A stretch of 64,000 nt of DNA from an uncultured Gammaproteobacteria bacterium (GTDB taxonomy: Bacteria > Patescibacteriota > Microgenomatia > UBA12405). The stretch covers positions 43,705 to 107,704 of the forward strand of contig CAZIZX010000003.1 of assembly GCA_964544275.1 (NCBI GenBank), read 5' to 3'. Made by a program: the position numbers and the translations under genes. Below the pieces are notes generated by a model. The model saw nothing but the letters and a program-made list of their open reading frames with translations, was not told the DNA's origin and did not search any database. Each line of letters begins with the position of its first letter. Positions within the stretch are counted from its first letter, which is position 1. Of this stretch, positions 8,804 to 19,207 are shown one piece after another.

Positions 8804-10138
8804 ATGGTCAATACACCAAACATAAAAACCGTCCTCGTAAAAGTTACAGATTTAATCCCCTCGAATTACAATCCACGAAAGTGGAGCAAAGAGCAGGTTG
8901 AACAGTTAAAGGAGAGTATTCAGCGCTTCGGAATTGTCGACCCTATCATTGCTAATATTGCCGATAATCGGAAAAATATTGTCATAGGTGGACATTTTCG
9001 TCTCGCGTTAGCCAAACAACTCGGATATAAAGAAATCCCGGTTGTTTATGTAAACATTCCAGAAATTGAGCGTGAAAGAGAGCTAAACTTACGATTAAAT
9101 AAAAATCAGGGCGAATTTGACTATAGTCTGTTGGCAAAATTCGACGAGAATATATTAAGTGGTATCGGTTTTAGTAGTGAAGAGATAGACAGTATTTTCG
9201 ACATAGACGATACCAACACCGAAATTTTTGATCTGGAAAAAGAACTAAAAAAGTTGAAGATTGATGAGATCAAATTCCAAAAAGGTGATATATATGCGTT
9301 AGGAGACTCGCGTCTGATGTGCGGTGACTCAACCATCGAGGCTGACGTAATAAAATTAATGAATGGCGAAAAAGCCTCAATGTGCTTCACTGACCCACCC
9401 TATCTTTTATCCTATCTTTACGGCAAACAACGACATGGTAATCCGACAGTTGGTTTCGGAGCTAAAAAGAATCGTCGCTATTTAGAGACCGATGTGTTGC
9501 CGGACAATTTTACTGAGCTTTGGATGGCCAATATTGCCAAAATTCAAGACGAAAACTTTTCAATAATCGTTTATGAAAATTGGAAAAACATTAGAATTAT
9601 TTGGGGAGAAATGGAGAAGTACTGGCGAGTAAAAAATATGCTCGTTTGGCATCTTCCTAACCGAAACCAAGGCTATTCGGCTAAATACAAATTTTTCTCA
9701 AAACATGACATTGCTATGGTAGGAGCATCGCTTAATAGTGATATTGAATTTAATAATGAGCTAGAAATTGATGGTCTTCAGGAGGAATACGAAACGGCTC
9801 TTTATGCCATTAGTGGTAAGCCCCAATGGGAGGGTTATAAAAAAGGAAAGAAGTACCAGCCGACAGATTTTATTGAATTTAATGCCTCAGATGAAAAAAG
9901 TTCTGGCCAGGGAATAATTTTTGGCACCAAACCAATTGAAATTCTTATCCCCTATATTAAAGCCCTCACCAGAAGAGGTGATCTGATTGTAGAACCCTTC
10001 TCTGGCAGTGGTAGTACCCTGATTGCGGCTACTAAAATGAAAAGACGGTGTTATGGTATGGAAAAGTCGCCCGTCTATGCAGAGGTCATTAAAAAACGTT
10101 GGGAGAACTTAACTGGACTAAAGGGGGTAAAAATATGA
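8804..10138 (+). CDS. ParB/Srx-domain + N6A/N4C DNA methyltransferase (copy 1)
   Basis: YNPRK...GGHFRL ParB domain; TDPPY motif IV; EPFSGSGST motif I. Confidence 0.92.
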   Translation: MVNTPNIKTVLVKVTDLIPSNYNPRKWSKEQVEQLKESIQRFGIVDPIIANIADNRKNIVIGGHFRLALAKQLGYKEIPVVYVNIPEIERERELNLRLNKNQGEFDYSLLAKFDENILSGIGFSSEEIDSIFDIDDTNTEIFDLEKELKKLKIDEIKFQKGDIYALGDSRLMCGDSTIEADVIKLMNGEKASMCFTDPPYLLSYLYGKQRHGNPTVGFGAKKNRRYLETDVLPDNFTELWMANIAKIQDENFSIIVYENWKNIRIIWGEMEKYWRVKNMLVWHLPNRNQGYSAKYKFFSKHDIAMVGASLNSDIEFNNELEIDGLQEEYETALYAISGKPQWEGYKKGKKYQPTDFIEFNASDEKSSGQGIIFGTKPIEILIPYIKALTRRGDLIVEPFSGSGSTLIAATKMKRRCYGMEKSPVYAEVIKKRWENLTGLKGVKI

Positions 10139-10557
10139 AAAATAAACAGCAGGTAATCGATCAGCTTAAATTCAACCCAATTATTCAAATCGCCTGTCAA
10201 AAATCCGGAGTCAGTCGGGCCACCTTTTATCGGTGGAGAAGCGAAGATGAAGAGTTTAAAAAACAGACTGAAACGGCAATTCAAGACGGTGTCCTATTGA
10301 TAAATGATTTAGCCGAAAGTCAATTGTTGGCGGCCATTAAGGAACAAAACTTAACCGCCATAATATTTTGGTTAAAAAATCACCATGGAGACTACGCTGA
10401 CAAGATTCAGGTCAACACTGACCGAGGATTGATAGATACCAACCTAACGCCAGAAGAAGAGAAGTTAGTTAAAAAGGCTTTAAAAATGGCCGGAATTATT
10501 AATTCACCCCTTAAACATGATCAATCAAAAGCTGGACATCAAAGAGATAATAAATAA
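10135..10557 (+). CDS. HTH protein, putative terminase small subunit (copy 1)
   Basis: IACQKSGVSRATFYRWR HTH; AIIFWLKN motif; between MTase and TerL; ATGA overlap at 10135. Confidence 0.75.
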   Translation: MKNKQQVIDQLKFNPIIQIACQKSGVSRATFYRWRSEDEEFKKQTETAIQDGVLLINDLAESQLLAAIKEQNLTAIIFWLKNHHGDYADKIQVNTDRGLIDTNLTPEEEKLVKKALKMAGIINSPLKHDQSKAGHQRDNK

Positions 10558-12079
10558 CCAAAAACTTAGAAAAGAATTGGCAGTAAATAGCCTTTATTGG
10601 TTTTTTCACATCTATCTTCACGATTATGTTCATTTTAAAACGGCTGATTTTCAAAAGGAAATCATTAGCATTGCCGAAAACCAAAACCTGAAAAATGCTT
10701 TTATTGTCGCTTTCCGTGGCTCGGCTAAATCAACCTTGGCCACTTTAGCCCTCCCTTTATGGTCAATAGTAGGTAAGTATAAAAAGAAATTTATCGTTAT
10801 TATTTCTCAAACCCAATCTCAGGCTAAACTTATTTTATCCAACATTCGCGGAGAAATTGAACACAACGAATTATTTATTAAAGATTTTGGTCATTTGAGT
10901 ACTAGTTCGACTAATAATGAGTGGAATTCGGGTACTATTGTTATTGGAAAATCAGGCAGCAGAATTAGTGTCTACTCAACAGGAGAAAGTATTCGGGGCA
11001 TCCGAAATCTATCGGCCAGACCAGATTTAATCATCGGCGACGACCTTGAAGATCTGGCTTCGGTAAAAAGCAGAGACATAAGAGAACAGACTTTTAACTG
11101 GTTTACTGGGGAAATAATGCCACTGGGAGATCCAAAAACAAAGTTAATTGTCATTGGTAACTTACTCCATGAAGATTCTTTAATGATGAAAATTAAAAAC
11201 GCAATTTGTAGTGATTCATTGAGCGGTAAATTTTACGAGTATCCATTGATTTCACCAGGTGGTGCAATTGCTTGGCCAGGAAAGTATCCAACTCAAAAGG
11301 AGATTACAGAAGAAAGGAGAAAAATTGGTAATAATATTGCTTGGCATCGAGAATATTTATTGCAGATTCTACCGCCAGAAGATCGAATAATTCATTATGA
11401 ATGGATAAAATTTTATGATCAATTGCCCCTTAACATCCAAGCCAATCGGGTTGGTTATGTAATCTCTGTTGACCCAGCAATTTCTCAAAAACATACCGCT
11501 GATAAGACTGCTATTCTAGTGGGGGTGATATATAAATCAAAAGATTTTCACTATTTATACATTACCGATATCTACAACTCACAAATTAATTTCCCCACCA
11601 CTAAAGAATTGATCGAAAAATTATCCAACACGGTGGATTCGAGACGGAAAACAACGATTTTAGTTGAACAAGTTGGTTATCAAGAAGCCCTCATACAAGC
11701 CCTTAAGACTGAAGGATACCCAGTTGAAGGAATTAATCCCCACGGGAGCGACAAGAGGGCTAGATTAAGTGTCGCCAGCAGTTATGTCAAAAACGGAAAT
11801 GTATATTTTCCTAAACATAGATCTTCTGAATTAATTGATCAATTAACCAATTTTGGAGTCGAAAAGTATGACGATTTAGCCGATGCCTTTACGATGATGG
11901 TTAACGAGGTATTTGGAACTAATAATAGTCGACTAAATTCCCAAGGTCCAATAAGTGTTAATGTAATCGGACCTTCTATGTATGGAAGGAAGCCAGGTGA
12001 AGACTGGGCCGATGCTGAAGACAGACAAATGCTAGGAAGAATAAATCGAAGAGCAAAATGGAGAAGAATAATTGGATAA
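10517..12079 (+). CDS. terL: Phage terminase large subunit (copy 1)
   Basis: Walker A AFRGSAKST, Walker B LIIGDD, RNase H-like SVDPAIS...DDLADA. Confidence 0.88.
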   Translation: MINQKLDIKEIINNQKLRKELAVNSLYWFFHIYLHDYVHFKTADFQKEIISIAENQNLKNAFIVAFRGSAKSTLATLALPLWSIVGKYKKKFIVIISQTQSQAKLILSNIRGEIEHNELFIKDFGHLSTSSTNNEWNSGTIVIGKSGSRISVYSTGESIRGIRNLSARPDLIIGDDLEDLASVKSRDIREQTFNWFTGEIMPLGDPKTKLIVIGNLLHEDSLMMKIKNAICSDSLSGKFYEYPLISPGGAIAWPGKYPTQKEITEERRKIGNNIAWHREYLLQILPPEDRIIHYEWIKFYDQLPLNIQANRVGYVISVDPAISQKHTADKTAILVGVIYKSKDFHYLYITDIYNSQINFPTTKELIEKLSNTVDSRRKTTILVEQVGYQEALIQALKTEGYPVEGINPHGSDKRARLSVASSYVKNGNVYFPKHRSSELIDQLTNFGVEKYDDLADAFTMMVNEVFGTNNSRLNSQGPISVNVIGPSMYGRKPGEDWADAEDRQMLGRINRRAKWRRIIG

Positions 12080-12084
12080 CTAAT

Positions 12085-12306
12085 TTATTGTCCAGGCAAT
12101 AACGAGTCGGCCTTAATCTTCAACGCTTTACTGATTTTATATAGTACGTAAGCCGTTGGAGTATATTTCGCGTTTTCAAGATGACCTACATAGGTTCGAT
12201 AAAGACCTGCTTGATGAGACAACTCTTCCTGAGACATCCCCGATTCCTCTCTGGCTGTTTTGATTCTTTCGGCTAATTTTTTGGTAAAAACATCTTTTGA
12301 TAACAC
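12085..12306 (-). CDS. XRE-family HTH regulator
   Basis: RIKTAREESGMSQEELS..AGLYRTYVGHLE; start trimmed to GTG at 12306 (uncertain). Confidence 0.85.
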   Translation of the reverse strand: MLSKDVFTKKLAERIKTAREESGMSQEELSHQAGLYRTYVGHLENAKYTPTAYVLYKISKALKIKADSLLPGQ

Positions 12307-12428
12307 AAACTCATCATATTCAAGACTCAGAATACTGCCACGCAGTATACATAGACTAAACCGATAAAATATGTCATCATATACGTGAATTAGTGATTGA
12401 AAATAATTCACGAAAGTAAACAAATTTT

Positions 12429-13502
12429 ATGGCGATAATAATTTCTAAAAATGGGAAAAACGCAATTAAGTTAGACAAGAGTAATTTCCGTTTAGAAGAC
12501 AATCTCCAACAGTACATATACGATAATCCAGAAAGCATTCCTCTCTACGATATTAAAGAAGATATAAAACTCCTGATTTTGGCTCGGGAATTTTCCACTA
12601 AAAGTGGGCCGATAGATGCCCTGGGGGTGGATAAAGATGGTGAAATATATTTAATTGAAACCAAACTTTATAAAAACCCTGATAAAAGAACAGTTGTGGC
12701 TCAAGTCTTAGATTACGGAGCTTCACTTTGGTCAAACTTTAGAGACTTTAGAAATTTTATTGAACAAATAAACCTTCACACTAATAAGGATTTTGGTAAA
12801 ACCCTAAAACAAAGATTGACAGATTTCTTTGAGATTTCTGATGATGAAATTAATTATCTACTGGAAAACACTAGAAGAAATTTAAACGATGGCAACTTTA
12901 AATTTGTTGTTCTAATGGATCATTTACACGATCAACTTAAAGACTTAATTATTTTCCTCAACAATAACAGTGAATTTACTGTTTATGCCGTTGAATTGGA
13001 ATATTACAAACACCAGGATTTTGAAATATTAATTCCGAAACTGTATGGCTCTGAAGTGAAAAAAGATATTGGTAAATCTACGGTATCAAAAACTATTTTG
13101 ACTGATGAAGAGTTTACAAACTACTACAAAGATAGATCAGAAGAACCTCTAGTCGAAGAACTTTTACATCTCAGTAACCGAATTAATGAGAATCAGAGCG
13201 ACTACCCAAACATTATGTCTATCAAGACTCCAAAATTTTTAAACTTCTATTTGACAACCTCATTTGGGGACAAAGTCTCAATTAATTTACCAGTAAATCC
13301 TGATGCTGAAGGAGGAGGACTACAGATTTGGGGCTCCGACATAAATCGGCAAAAAGTAGAGAGTGTTTTAAATGATTCCAAACTCAAATACGAAAAAATA
13401 ATATTTAAAGGGAATAAAAGCGGTAAAATTGCCAGAATTCAACTTAAAGACATCACCATTAATCAGTTTGATGATTTCTTAAAAAAATTAGCGGTAATCT
13501 AA
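12429..13502 (+). CDS. NucS/EndoMS-like PD-(D/E)xK endonuclease domain protein
   Basis: REF...IDALGVD..G..YLIETKL...AQVLDY. Confidence 0.75.
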   Translation: MAIIISKNGKNAIKLDKSNFRLEDNLQQYIYDNPESIPLYDIKEDIKLLILAREFSTKSGPIDALGVDKDGEIYLIETKLYKNPDKRTVVAQVLDYGASLWSNFRDFRNFIEQINLHTNKDFGKTLKQRLTDFFEISDDEINYLLENTRRNLNDGNFKFVVLMDHLHDQLKDLIIFLNNNSEFTVYAVELEYYKHQDFEILIPKLYGSEVKKDIGKSTVSKTILTDEEFTNYYKDRSEEPLVEELLHLSNRINENQSDYPNIMSIKTPKFLNFYLTTSFGDKVSINLPVNPDAEGGGLQIWGSDINRQKVESVLNDSKLKYEKIIFKGNKSGKIARIQLKDITINQFDDFLKKLAVI

Positions 13503-13507
13503 TCCAT

Positions 13508-13549
13508 TCATCTCCTAGACTTCCCTAAAACCTGCGGTACAGTTGTGTC
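13508..13549 (+). promoter_or_regulatory. Conserved leaderless-type promoter of recombinase (copy 1)
   Basis: TAGACT-16-TACAGT, 6 nt before ATG; nearly identical to 24218-24258 revcomp. Confidence 0.55.
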
Positions 13550-14875
13550 ATGAAGAAGAAAGAAGATGGAAAGATACAAGAAAAAGAACAAATAAAATTT
13601 TGCCTCTACGCTAGAAAATCATCCGAATCCGATGAGCGACAGGCTATGTCGATCGAATCTCAAATCAATGAGATGAAGGAGCTGGCAAAAAGAGAAAATC
13701 TACTAATTAAAGAAGTCCGACAAGAAAGTCACTCGGCCAAATTATCATCTCAAAGACCAGTCTTTAACCAATTATTGATTGATATCAGGGCTGGAGAATT
13801 TACTGGGATACTAACTTGGGCTCCTGATAGATTGAGCCGAAATGCAGGGGATCTTGGAACACTGGTAGATTTAATGGATCAGGGGAAATTACAAACGATA
13901 CGGACATATTCACAATCCTTTTCCGATAATCCAAATGAGAAATTCTTGCTAATGATTCTCTGCTCTCAGGCAAAACTGGAAAATGACAACAGAGGCATCA
14001 ATGTTAGACGTGGGATGAAAGCCAAATGCGAAGCTGGATGGCGACCCAATATGGCCCCGCTTGGATATCGTAATGTAATGAATTACAACCGGATAAGTTA
14101 CGTTGAAATTGACGAAGAAAGAGCGCCGATAATAAGGCAGATGTTTAACCGGGTGGGGAATGATGGCCATAGTGGTAAGACCATAAAAAAGTGGCTGGAT
14201 AGAATCGAATTTACCACCCGAAGCGGAAAACCATTAGCATTAAGTAAGGTTTATACAACCTTAAAAAATCCATTTTATTATGGTGAATTTGAATTTAATG
14301 GCAAGATTTATAAAGGCAAACACGAGCCCTTAATAACTAAGGAATTATTTGAAAAAGTCCAGCTCCAATTGGTGGCTCCGGATAGAGAATGGAATAAAAA
14401 AGTCTTTCCTTTCAGAAGTCTTTGCTACTGTGGAACTTGTGGCGAAAGAGTGACAGCTGAGGAAAAATATAAAAAGAATAAATCTGGTGGAGTCAGAAAA
14501 TATATCTACTATCACTGTGGTAAACATATAAATTATGACTGCGATGAACCCTATATTAGTGAGGAAGACCTGATCCAACAACTGGTCATCCACATTGATG
14601 AAATAAAATTACACGAAAAAGAACTTACCCAATATTTAAAACAGGACATTGATAAATTCCACAGATTAAGAGATGAAGTCCTTAATCAGGAAATTATAAG
14701 CGGAAAATTAATCGAACTCGATTATGATGCCTTTAACCATATTGGCAAAGATAAAATCAAGGAATATTTAATCTATGTTCTAAAATTTGGAACGGCAGAA
14801 GAAAGACTTAAAGTAATGTCAGCCATAAAAACCCGATTTATCCTACACAATAAAGAGTTAACCATTAAACAATAA
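13550..14875 (+). CDS. Large serine recombinase (copy 1)
   Basis: YARKSSE..Q..SI..Q, DRLSRN, recombinase domain, zinc ribbon CGTCG...YYHC. Confidence 0.93.
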   Translation: MKKKEDGKIQEKEQIKFCLYARKSSESDERQAMSIESQINEMKELAKRENLLIKEVRQESHSAKLSSQRPVFNQLLIDIRAGEFTGILTWAPDRLSRNAGDLGTLVDLMDQGKLQTIRTYSQSFSDNPNEKFLLMILCSQAKLENDNRGINVRRGMKAKCEAGWRPNMAPLGYRNVMNYNRISYVEIDEERAPIIRQMFNRVGNDGHSGKTIKKWLDRIEFTTRSGKPLALSKVYTTLKNPFYYGEFEFNGKIYKGKHEPLITKELFEKVQLQLVAPDREWNKKVFPFRSLCYCGTCGERVTAEEKYKKNKSGGVRKYIYYHCGKHINYDCDEPYISEEDLIQQLVIHIDEIKLHEKELTQYLKQDIDKFHRLRDEVLNQEIISGKLIELDYDAFNHIGKDKIKEYLIYVLKFGTAEERLKVMSAIKTRFILHNKELTIKQ

Positions 14876-14897
14876 AGGTATTAGGTTAAAATCTATT

Positions 14898-15977
14898 ATG
14901 ATAAAAATCCAAAAAATATTTTTAGTTATTGTCCTATTTATTTGTACTCTCATTATTTTTCCTGTTTCCATAAAAGCAATTGGTGATGGTTCTTCAGTTG
15001 AGGCGACCATCACTCAAATAATTGAAGAAAAAGAAATAGAAATAATGGAATCGAATCAACTTTATCAAAAACTCGAACTAGAATTGTCTACTCCTGATCA
15101 TAAAAAAGTGATTATTGAAAATGGCAACCAACCCATGGCCAACATTATTAAATACGCGGTTAATGATCGAGTATTAGTTAATGTTATGGAGGGAGTGGGA
15201 GGAGAAGAATATGTGGTTACTGACTTTGTCCGTAAAGACAGTTTAGTGCTTCTGTCAATAATTTTTGTGATCCTCTTGGTACTCATTGCTAAATGGAAAG
15301 GACTTTCTTCCCTGCTGGGAATGATATTTACTTTCTTTGTTGTCTTTATTTTTATTCTTCCCGGGCTTTTAGCTGGTAACAATCCTATTTTAATTGCTGT
15401 CGGAGCGTCTTTGGTGATAATTCCTGTTTCTTTCTATCTAGCTCACGGATTTAATAAAAAAACTACTATTGCCATCGTTAGTTCTATTATCAGTTTAATA
15501 ATTACTGCCGCCCTAGCTTCAATCTTCACTCAAATTGGTCATTTAACTGGATTATCTTCAGAGGAGGCGGGGATGCTATCAATTGGTCAGAGTAATTTAA
15601 ACATGAAAGGAATACTCCTTGCTGGAATTGTCATCGGCGCTTTGGGTGTACTTGATGACATTACTATTTCTCAAGCGGCCATTGTTGACGAACTAGCCAA
15701 AACCGCTAATTTAACTAAAGCCAAAGATCTCTACACTCGGTCAATGGTCATTGGTAAAGACCATATTACTTCCATGGTAAATACTTTGGTTTTGGCTTAT
15801 ACAGGTGCGTCTTTACCTTTACTTTTAATTTTTACCAACAACCCCCATCCATTTATGGAAATTATTAATTATGAATTAATCGCCGAAGAAATAATCAGAA
15901 CCCTAGTTGGTAGTATTGGTCTAATTTTAGCAGTACCAATTACTACCATGATTGCGGCTAACTCTTATAAAAAATAA
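14898..15977 (+). CDS. YibE/F family membrane protein
   Basis: IGALGVLDDITISQ, MVNTLVLAYTG, GSIGLILAVPITT. Confidence 0.88.
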   Translation: MIKIQKIFLVIVLFICTLIIFPVSIKAIGDGSSVEATITQIIEEKEIEIMESNQLYQKLELELSTPDHKKVIIENGNQPMANIIKYAVNDRVLVNVMEGVGGEEYVVTDFVRKDSLVLLSIIFVILLVLIAKWKGLSSLLGMIFTFFVVFIFILPGLLAGNNPILIAVGASLVIIPVSFYLAHGFNKKTTIAIVSSIISLIITAALASIFTQIGHLTGLSSEEAGMLSIGQSNLNMKGILLAGIVIGALGVLDDITISQAAIVDELAKTANLTKAKDLYTRSMVIGKDHITSMVNTLVLAYTGASLPLLLIFTNNPHPFMEIINYELIAEEIIRTLVGSIGLILAVPITTMIAANSYKK

Positions 15978-15990
15978 AGTTAATTTATTT

Positions 15991-16959
15991 TTATTGACAC
16001 ATCATTTGGTCATCCGTTGGTATCGGTAAGTTGTCATCTTCTATTCCTGGGATTGGTTCATAGTCTTCCATCGGTTTGGCTGGTTTTGGTTGGACGTATT
16101 TTACTTCTTTATTAAGTGGAATTTCGGTGTTTGTCAGAGTAATAATTTTCTGGTTTTTGAGCCAATTGTTAAATCCATTCCAAGTAATTTTGTCAGAGGC
16201 TAAAGCTTTTTCATATTCTTTCCACCACTCAAGTCGAGTACCGCCTAAATAGGCGTGGGAGACCAAAATCATATTGGTTGGTTTTTTGGCCACACTTTGA
16301 TCAAATATTTTTCCAAATTCTTTGGCATCAGCGCCTCTGGCCCACAAACTGTAATCACAAAGTGAACCTCTACCCATTGGCTCACCGACATCAACGTTGG
16401 TGACAGAAATAATTTTGACTTTATACTCCTTTGGTTGATAGACCACTGCCTCAACATCCTGAGTCCCTCTTCCCAAGATATATTCAACTCCTAGGGCATC
16501 GGCGACTTTAAGAGTAGTTTCGTCATAAGCAAAATAACGACTGCCAAAAACTCTCATGGGTTTACCAGTAATACTTTCCAATGAATCTTTGGCCTCTTTC
16601 ATCAGTTGATATTGTTTTTCATAGGACATATCCCAAAAGGGTTCACCATCATAACCCCCAGCAATTTCGTATCCTTTATTAGCTAATCTCTTAAACACTT
16701 CCGGATATTCTTTCGGTATATTTCCTTGGGCCTTAACTAAAGCGGTTAGACCTCTTTTGTCTAATTCTTTTTCCCACTGCTCAATACCCTCAATCCTTTC
16801 AAATTCAATCAGCATTAACATGGTATTAATTTTTGAATTGGCTGTTGGATTTAGTTTTTGAGATTTAGAAATAAAAAACATTACGGAAATAGCTAGGATG
16901 AGAAATGATCCCAAAACTAGCCAGGATATATTATTTGTTTGTTTATTTTTTATTTTCAT
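15991..16959 (-). CDS. Polysaccharide deacetylase-like membrane-anchored protein
   Basis: N-terminal TM; NodB-like GYEIA...SYEKQ...LESITGK. Confidence 0.6.
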   Translation of the reverse strand: MKIKNKQTNNISWLVLGSFLILAISVMFFISKSQKLNPTANSKINTMLMLIEFERIEGIEQWEKELDKRGLTALVKAQGNIPKEYPEVFKRLANKGYEIAGGYDGEPFWDMSYEKQYQLMKEAKDSLESITGKPMRVFGSRYFAYDETTLKVADALGVEYILGRGTQDVEAVVYQPKEYKVKIISVTNVDVGEPMGRGSLCDYSLWARGADAKEFGKIFDQSVAKKPTNMILVSHAYLGGTRLEWWKEYEKALASDKITWNGFNNWLKNQKIITLTNTEIPLNKEVKYVQPKPAKPMEDYEPIPGIEDDNLPIPTDDQMMCQ

Positions 16960-17233
16960 TTTTGCTAATTTTTATAGCCTTGCCCTTGATTATGGCAATA
17001 GCAATTTTTTTGTAGGCTTTATCTAGAATCCGCCCAAAAGTGGGTTGTGACACATTCATTTTTTTAGCCGCTTCAATTTGATCTAATTCATCAACATCGT
17101 GCAACTTTAAAGCCTCCAGTTCATCTGGTAATAATTCAATTTCTTCTAAAACTGATAAAGGCACACCCCGGGGTTTGAAGTAAACCACCTCGGGGTTAAA
17201 CCTTAAACATCTAGGATTCTTTGGTCTGACCAT
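16943..17233 (-). CDS. DUF134 family HTH protein
   Basis: MVRPK..R...YFKPRGVP...ELEALKL.D...QIEAA.KMNVSQPTF. Confidence 0.88.
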   Translation of the reverse strand: MVRPKNPRCLRFNPEVVYFKPRGVPLSVLEEIELLPDELEALKLHDVDELDQIEAAKKMNVSQPTFGRILDKAYKKIAIAIIKGKAIKISKNENKK

Positions 17234-17236
17234 ATC

Positions 17237-17497
17237 TTATTTTAATTCTTCTTCCAGTCTCTTGGTATCCTCAAGCTCTTCTTCCAGAGCTTTGCGATAG
17301 TCCGTTAAAGCTTGAGCTTGTTCTTCTTTGGTTTGGGGTTGATTCCAACCAAAAAATCGACCAAGTCCACGGCCAAAACCTCGGCCACAACCGAATCCGA
17401 AACCTCTACCTAAACCTTTGCCTCCACCGCAAGGACCAAAACCATGTCCGGTTAAGGGACCTTGACCAGCAGGGCCTGTTTTATCTCTATTTGGCAT
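17237..17497 (-). CDS. DUF5320 family Gly/Arg-rich protein
   Basis: MPNRDKTGPAGQGPLTG.G.GPC. Confidence 0.85.
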   Translation of the reverse strand: MPNRDKTGPAGQGPLTGHGFGPCGGGKGLGRGFGFGCGRGFGRGLGRFFGWNQPQTKEEQAQALTDYRKALEEELEDTKRLEEELK

Positions 17498-17524
17498 ATT
17501 GCCTCCTATTTAGATAAATTAATA

Positions 17525-17546
17525 ATAATGAATATATATTCATTAT
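17525..17546. promoter_or_regulatory. Perfect 22-bp palindromic operator overlapping the -10 of the DUF5320-DUF134 operon
   Basis: ATAATGAATATATATTCATTAT; minus-strand TTGACT-16-TATAAT overlaps it. Confidence 0.6.
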
Positions 17547-17605
17547 ATTCTTTATTAAAGCCTAGTCAAGTACCTGTCGTAAAAAGCCATTAAAAAACCA
17601 ACAAT

Positions 17606-19099
17606 TTATTTAACTTGTTTTAAACTATTACCGTCCCATTCAATCACTGGCTCATCGCCATAATTTGCATTTATTTCTACCGAGTGGTTTTGCCAAGTAC
17701 CATATTCGATCGTTTTGTTTTTTGGACCTTCAAAAGGGGCTATCGCAAAATAAACAGTTATTCTATAACTATCAGCTAACACCTCCACCCTTTCGTTATT
17801 TTTTATTACATCTGATGGTCTAAAACCATGCTTAAAACTTTCTCCAGGGCCATAAACTTTTCCCATTGTGTAGATACCACCCACATCTCTATCTTCTGCC
17901 TCGTTAGCCGCTAAATCATCCCAACAAGTTGGGTTATGGCAGACATCCATCATATAAGATTCATTACTGACATTAACTATTTTATAAACCTGAGCAGAAT
18001 TATTGTCAGAGTTGGTTTTTGGAGTTTCTTCTTTGGTTTCTTCTTTGGATACTTCTGTTGGCTTTTCTTCTTCTTTGATTTCTTTTTTGGTTTCTTCTTC
18101 AATTTGTTTCATTATTTCCTCAACCCCTTCTCCACTTTTAACGATATTATTTTCTTTCATCCACTCAGGTACTTCCTCCTCGGTCAATCCAGCCACACTC
18201 GCTTTAGTTTCGCCCTCTTCGTTAATTTTGATGTTTATCCCTAGAATTTTTTTATCTTGAACGGCTGATCTAATTTGATCGGCGGCAAAATAGCCAGCAC
18301 TAACTTTTTCCATCGCTTTTGACACATTTCCTGGTAGATTGGCGATGGTTAGAATACTAGCCGCAGGCTCAGTTACTGCCCTCACCTTATTTACCATTTC
18401 TGAAACTTTATTTTTATCTCCGAGGGCTATTCTGGCTTCATCATCTGTTACCTCCAAAACCAAATCCGCTCCGCCTACTATTGTTGTTGTCGTTGCCAAA
18501 GCTCCAGAAGCTCCTCCCGTCAACACCACTCCTCCCACAAACACCGTTACCTTAGCTCCATTTTTAATTCTCATCGAATTTTGTTCACAAGTTTCAAACA
18601 CATCTCCCTCTTCCCCATAAGCCTCTCGAGTAATTTGATCTTGAGTTTGATTCAAAATCAACTGAGCCATTTTGACATCAACTCCGAGGTGTTTAGCCAG
18701 GGTTCTCACCGTTTTTCCCGCCGGAGCGCTCTCTATTACCTTTTGAATTTCAACCGTAGTATAGGCAGAAACATCTTTTACTAAATTAAATGCTGTTTTT
18801 TCACTCGCCATTTTGTCAGCTTCTTTTTCAAGTTCCGTTACTTTGCCTTCCAGTGCTTTCCATCCATCAATAACAGCGCCCATCTCTATGTTCCACTTAT
18901 CATAGTCTCCATATTCTTTTGCCTTTTCCAATACATTTTCCGTTTGGTATCGCAGCAGGATATATTCTTTTGAAACGGATAAAGTTTTTTCGTAAACTAT
19001 TTGACCTTTACTCGTATTCTTATTCTTTGTTGAAAAGAAAAGCACCAGTCCCAAAACTATAATTCCTATCCCAATTAGAATTGTATTTTTCTTTAACAT
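17606..19099 (-). CDS. Hypothetical membrane-anchored protein
   Basis: 497-aa ORF, N-terminal TM, internal Gly-rich hydrophobic segment, Glu/Lys linker. Confidence 0.7.
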   Translation of the reverse strand: MLKKNTILIGIGIIVLGLVLFFSTKNKNTSKGQIVYEKTLSVSKEYILLRYQTENVLEKAKEYGDYDKWNIEMGAVIDGWKALEGKVTELEKEADKMASEKTAFNLVKDVSAYTTVEIQKVIESAPAGKTVRTLAKHLGVDVKMAQLILNQTQDQITREAYGEEGDVFETCEQNSMRIKNGAKVTVFVGGVVLTGGASGALATTTTIVGGADLVLEVTDDEARIALGDKNKVSEMVNKVRAVTEPAASILTIANLPGNVSKAMEKVSAGYFAADQIRSAVQDKKILGINIKINEEGETKASVAGLTEEEVPEWMKENNIVKSGEGVEEIMKQIEEETKKEIKEEEKPTEVSKEETKEETPKTNSDNNSAQVYKIVNVSNESYMMDVCHNPTCWDDLAANEAEDRDVGGIYTMGKVYGPGESFKHGFRPSDVIKNNERVEVLADSYRITVYFAIAPFEGPKNKTIEYGTWQNHSVEINANYGDEPVIEWDGNSLKQVK

Positions 19100-19207
19100 G
19101 TCTAATTATATCAATTCTATTGACTTTAACTCTTATTTATTCCCGTTTTATCCTTTTAATTTCCGTAAAATGCTATCATTAATATACTTATTGATTAACT
19201 TTTTATC

